In this document: positions 53,766 through 53,843 of the stretch, in pieces
Layout of the letters: each line of letters opens with the position of its first letter
Position numbering within the stretch: the stretch's first letter is position 1
Source of the DNA: Verrucomicrobiota bacterium
GTDB lineage: Bacteria; Verrucomicrobiota; Verrucomicrobiia; Chthoniobacterales; UBA10450
Assembly: GCA_046725275.1 (NCBI GenBank)
Contig: JBKOYE010000096.1
Location: 1 to 53,843 of the forward strand
Direction: 5' to 3'
DNA: 53,843 bases
Notes under the pieces: model-generated
What the model saw: only the letters and a program-made list of their open reading frames with translations
Databases searched by the model: none
What the model was told of the DNA's origin: nothing
Made by a program: the position numbers and the translations under genes

Positions 53766-53843
53766 TGATTACTGAACGCACATAAGTGAAGTCATTCCCA
53801 ACTCTTCACAACGTTCCGCGCGTTGCGGATTGAAAGGGGGGAA

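Noticed and set aside
1-53843. A classical genomic island or prophage (integrase, transposase, tRNA target, long direct repeats) or a CRISPR-Cas locus.
   Set aside because: None of the ORF products resembles a recombinase, transposase, phage structural protein or Cas protein. I also saw no tRNA-like sequence in any intergenic spacer.

Overview
This is a 53.8-kb bacterial chromosomal segment with dense coding and a generally GC-rich composition. I could not find any rRNA, tRNA, CRISPR array, integrase or transposase. All calls come from hand reading of the sequence and the ORF track; no searches were run.

Gene content falls into two parts.

(a) Ordinary housekeeping genes:
- coaX, hemB, gpmI, nhaA, ribE, aroD, dgt
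- a pdhA/pdhB/E2 operon
- rpsT, an HU/IHF gene, rnhC, mutY, yicC, gmk, and split coaC/coaB

(b) A large envelope and glycosylation block at about 5.3-29.4 kb:
- five paralogous polytopic GT-C (TMTC/DUF1736-like) glycosyltransferases, each fused to C-terminal TPR arrays
- one GT39/ArnT-like enzyme
- a histidine-motif membrane domain fused to TPRs
- a TonB-dependent receptor
- a fused MFS/spermidine-synthase-like protein

This content suggests a Verrucomicrobiota- or Planctomycetota-like soil bacterium, but that is inference only.

The most unusual signals:
1. A stand-alone gene encoding TIR, coiled-coil, zinc-ribbon and membrane-helix modules sits in an AT-rich pocket. It lies between an intact PD-(D/E)XK (MmcB-like) gene and a roughly 300-nt decayed second copy of that gene's 3' half.
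2. The same kind of scar appears elsewhere. A 33-codon remnant of the E2 acyltransferase 3' end lies 2.9 kb from the intact E2 stop. The two copies bracket a secreted Calx-beta protein gene.
3. That secreted protein gene continues in frame, past a TAG stop, into a decayed C-terminal module.
4. A 26-nt hairpin element recurs immediately after three minus-strand stop codons.
5. The alkaline-phosphatase homologue has lost its nucleophile and several metal ligands.
6. An O-methyltransferase gene is frameshifted.
7. Several palindromic or tandem intergenic repeats are present.
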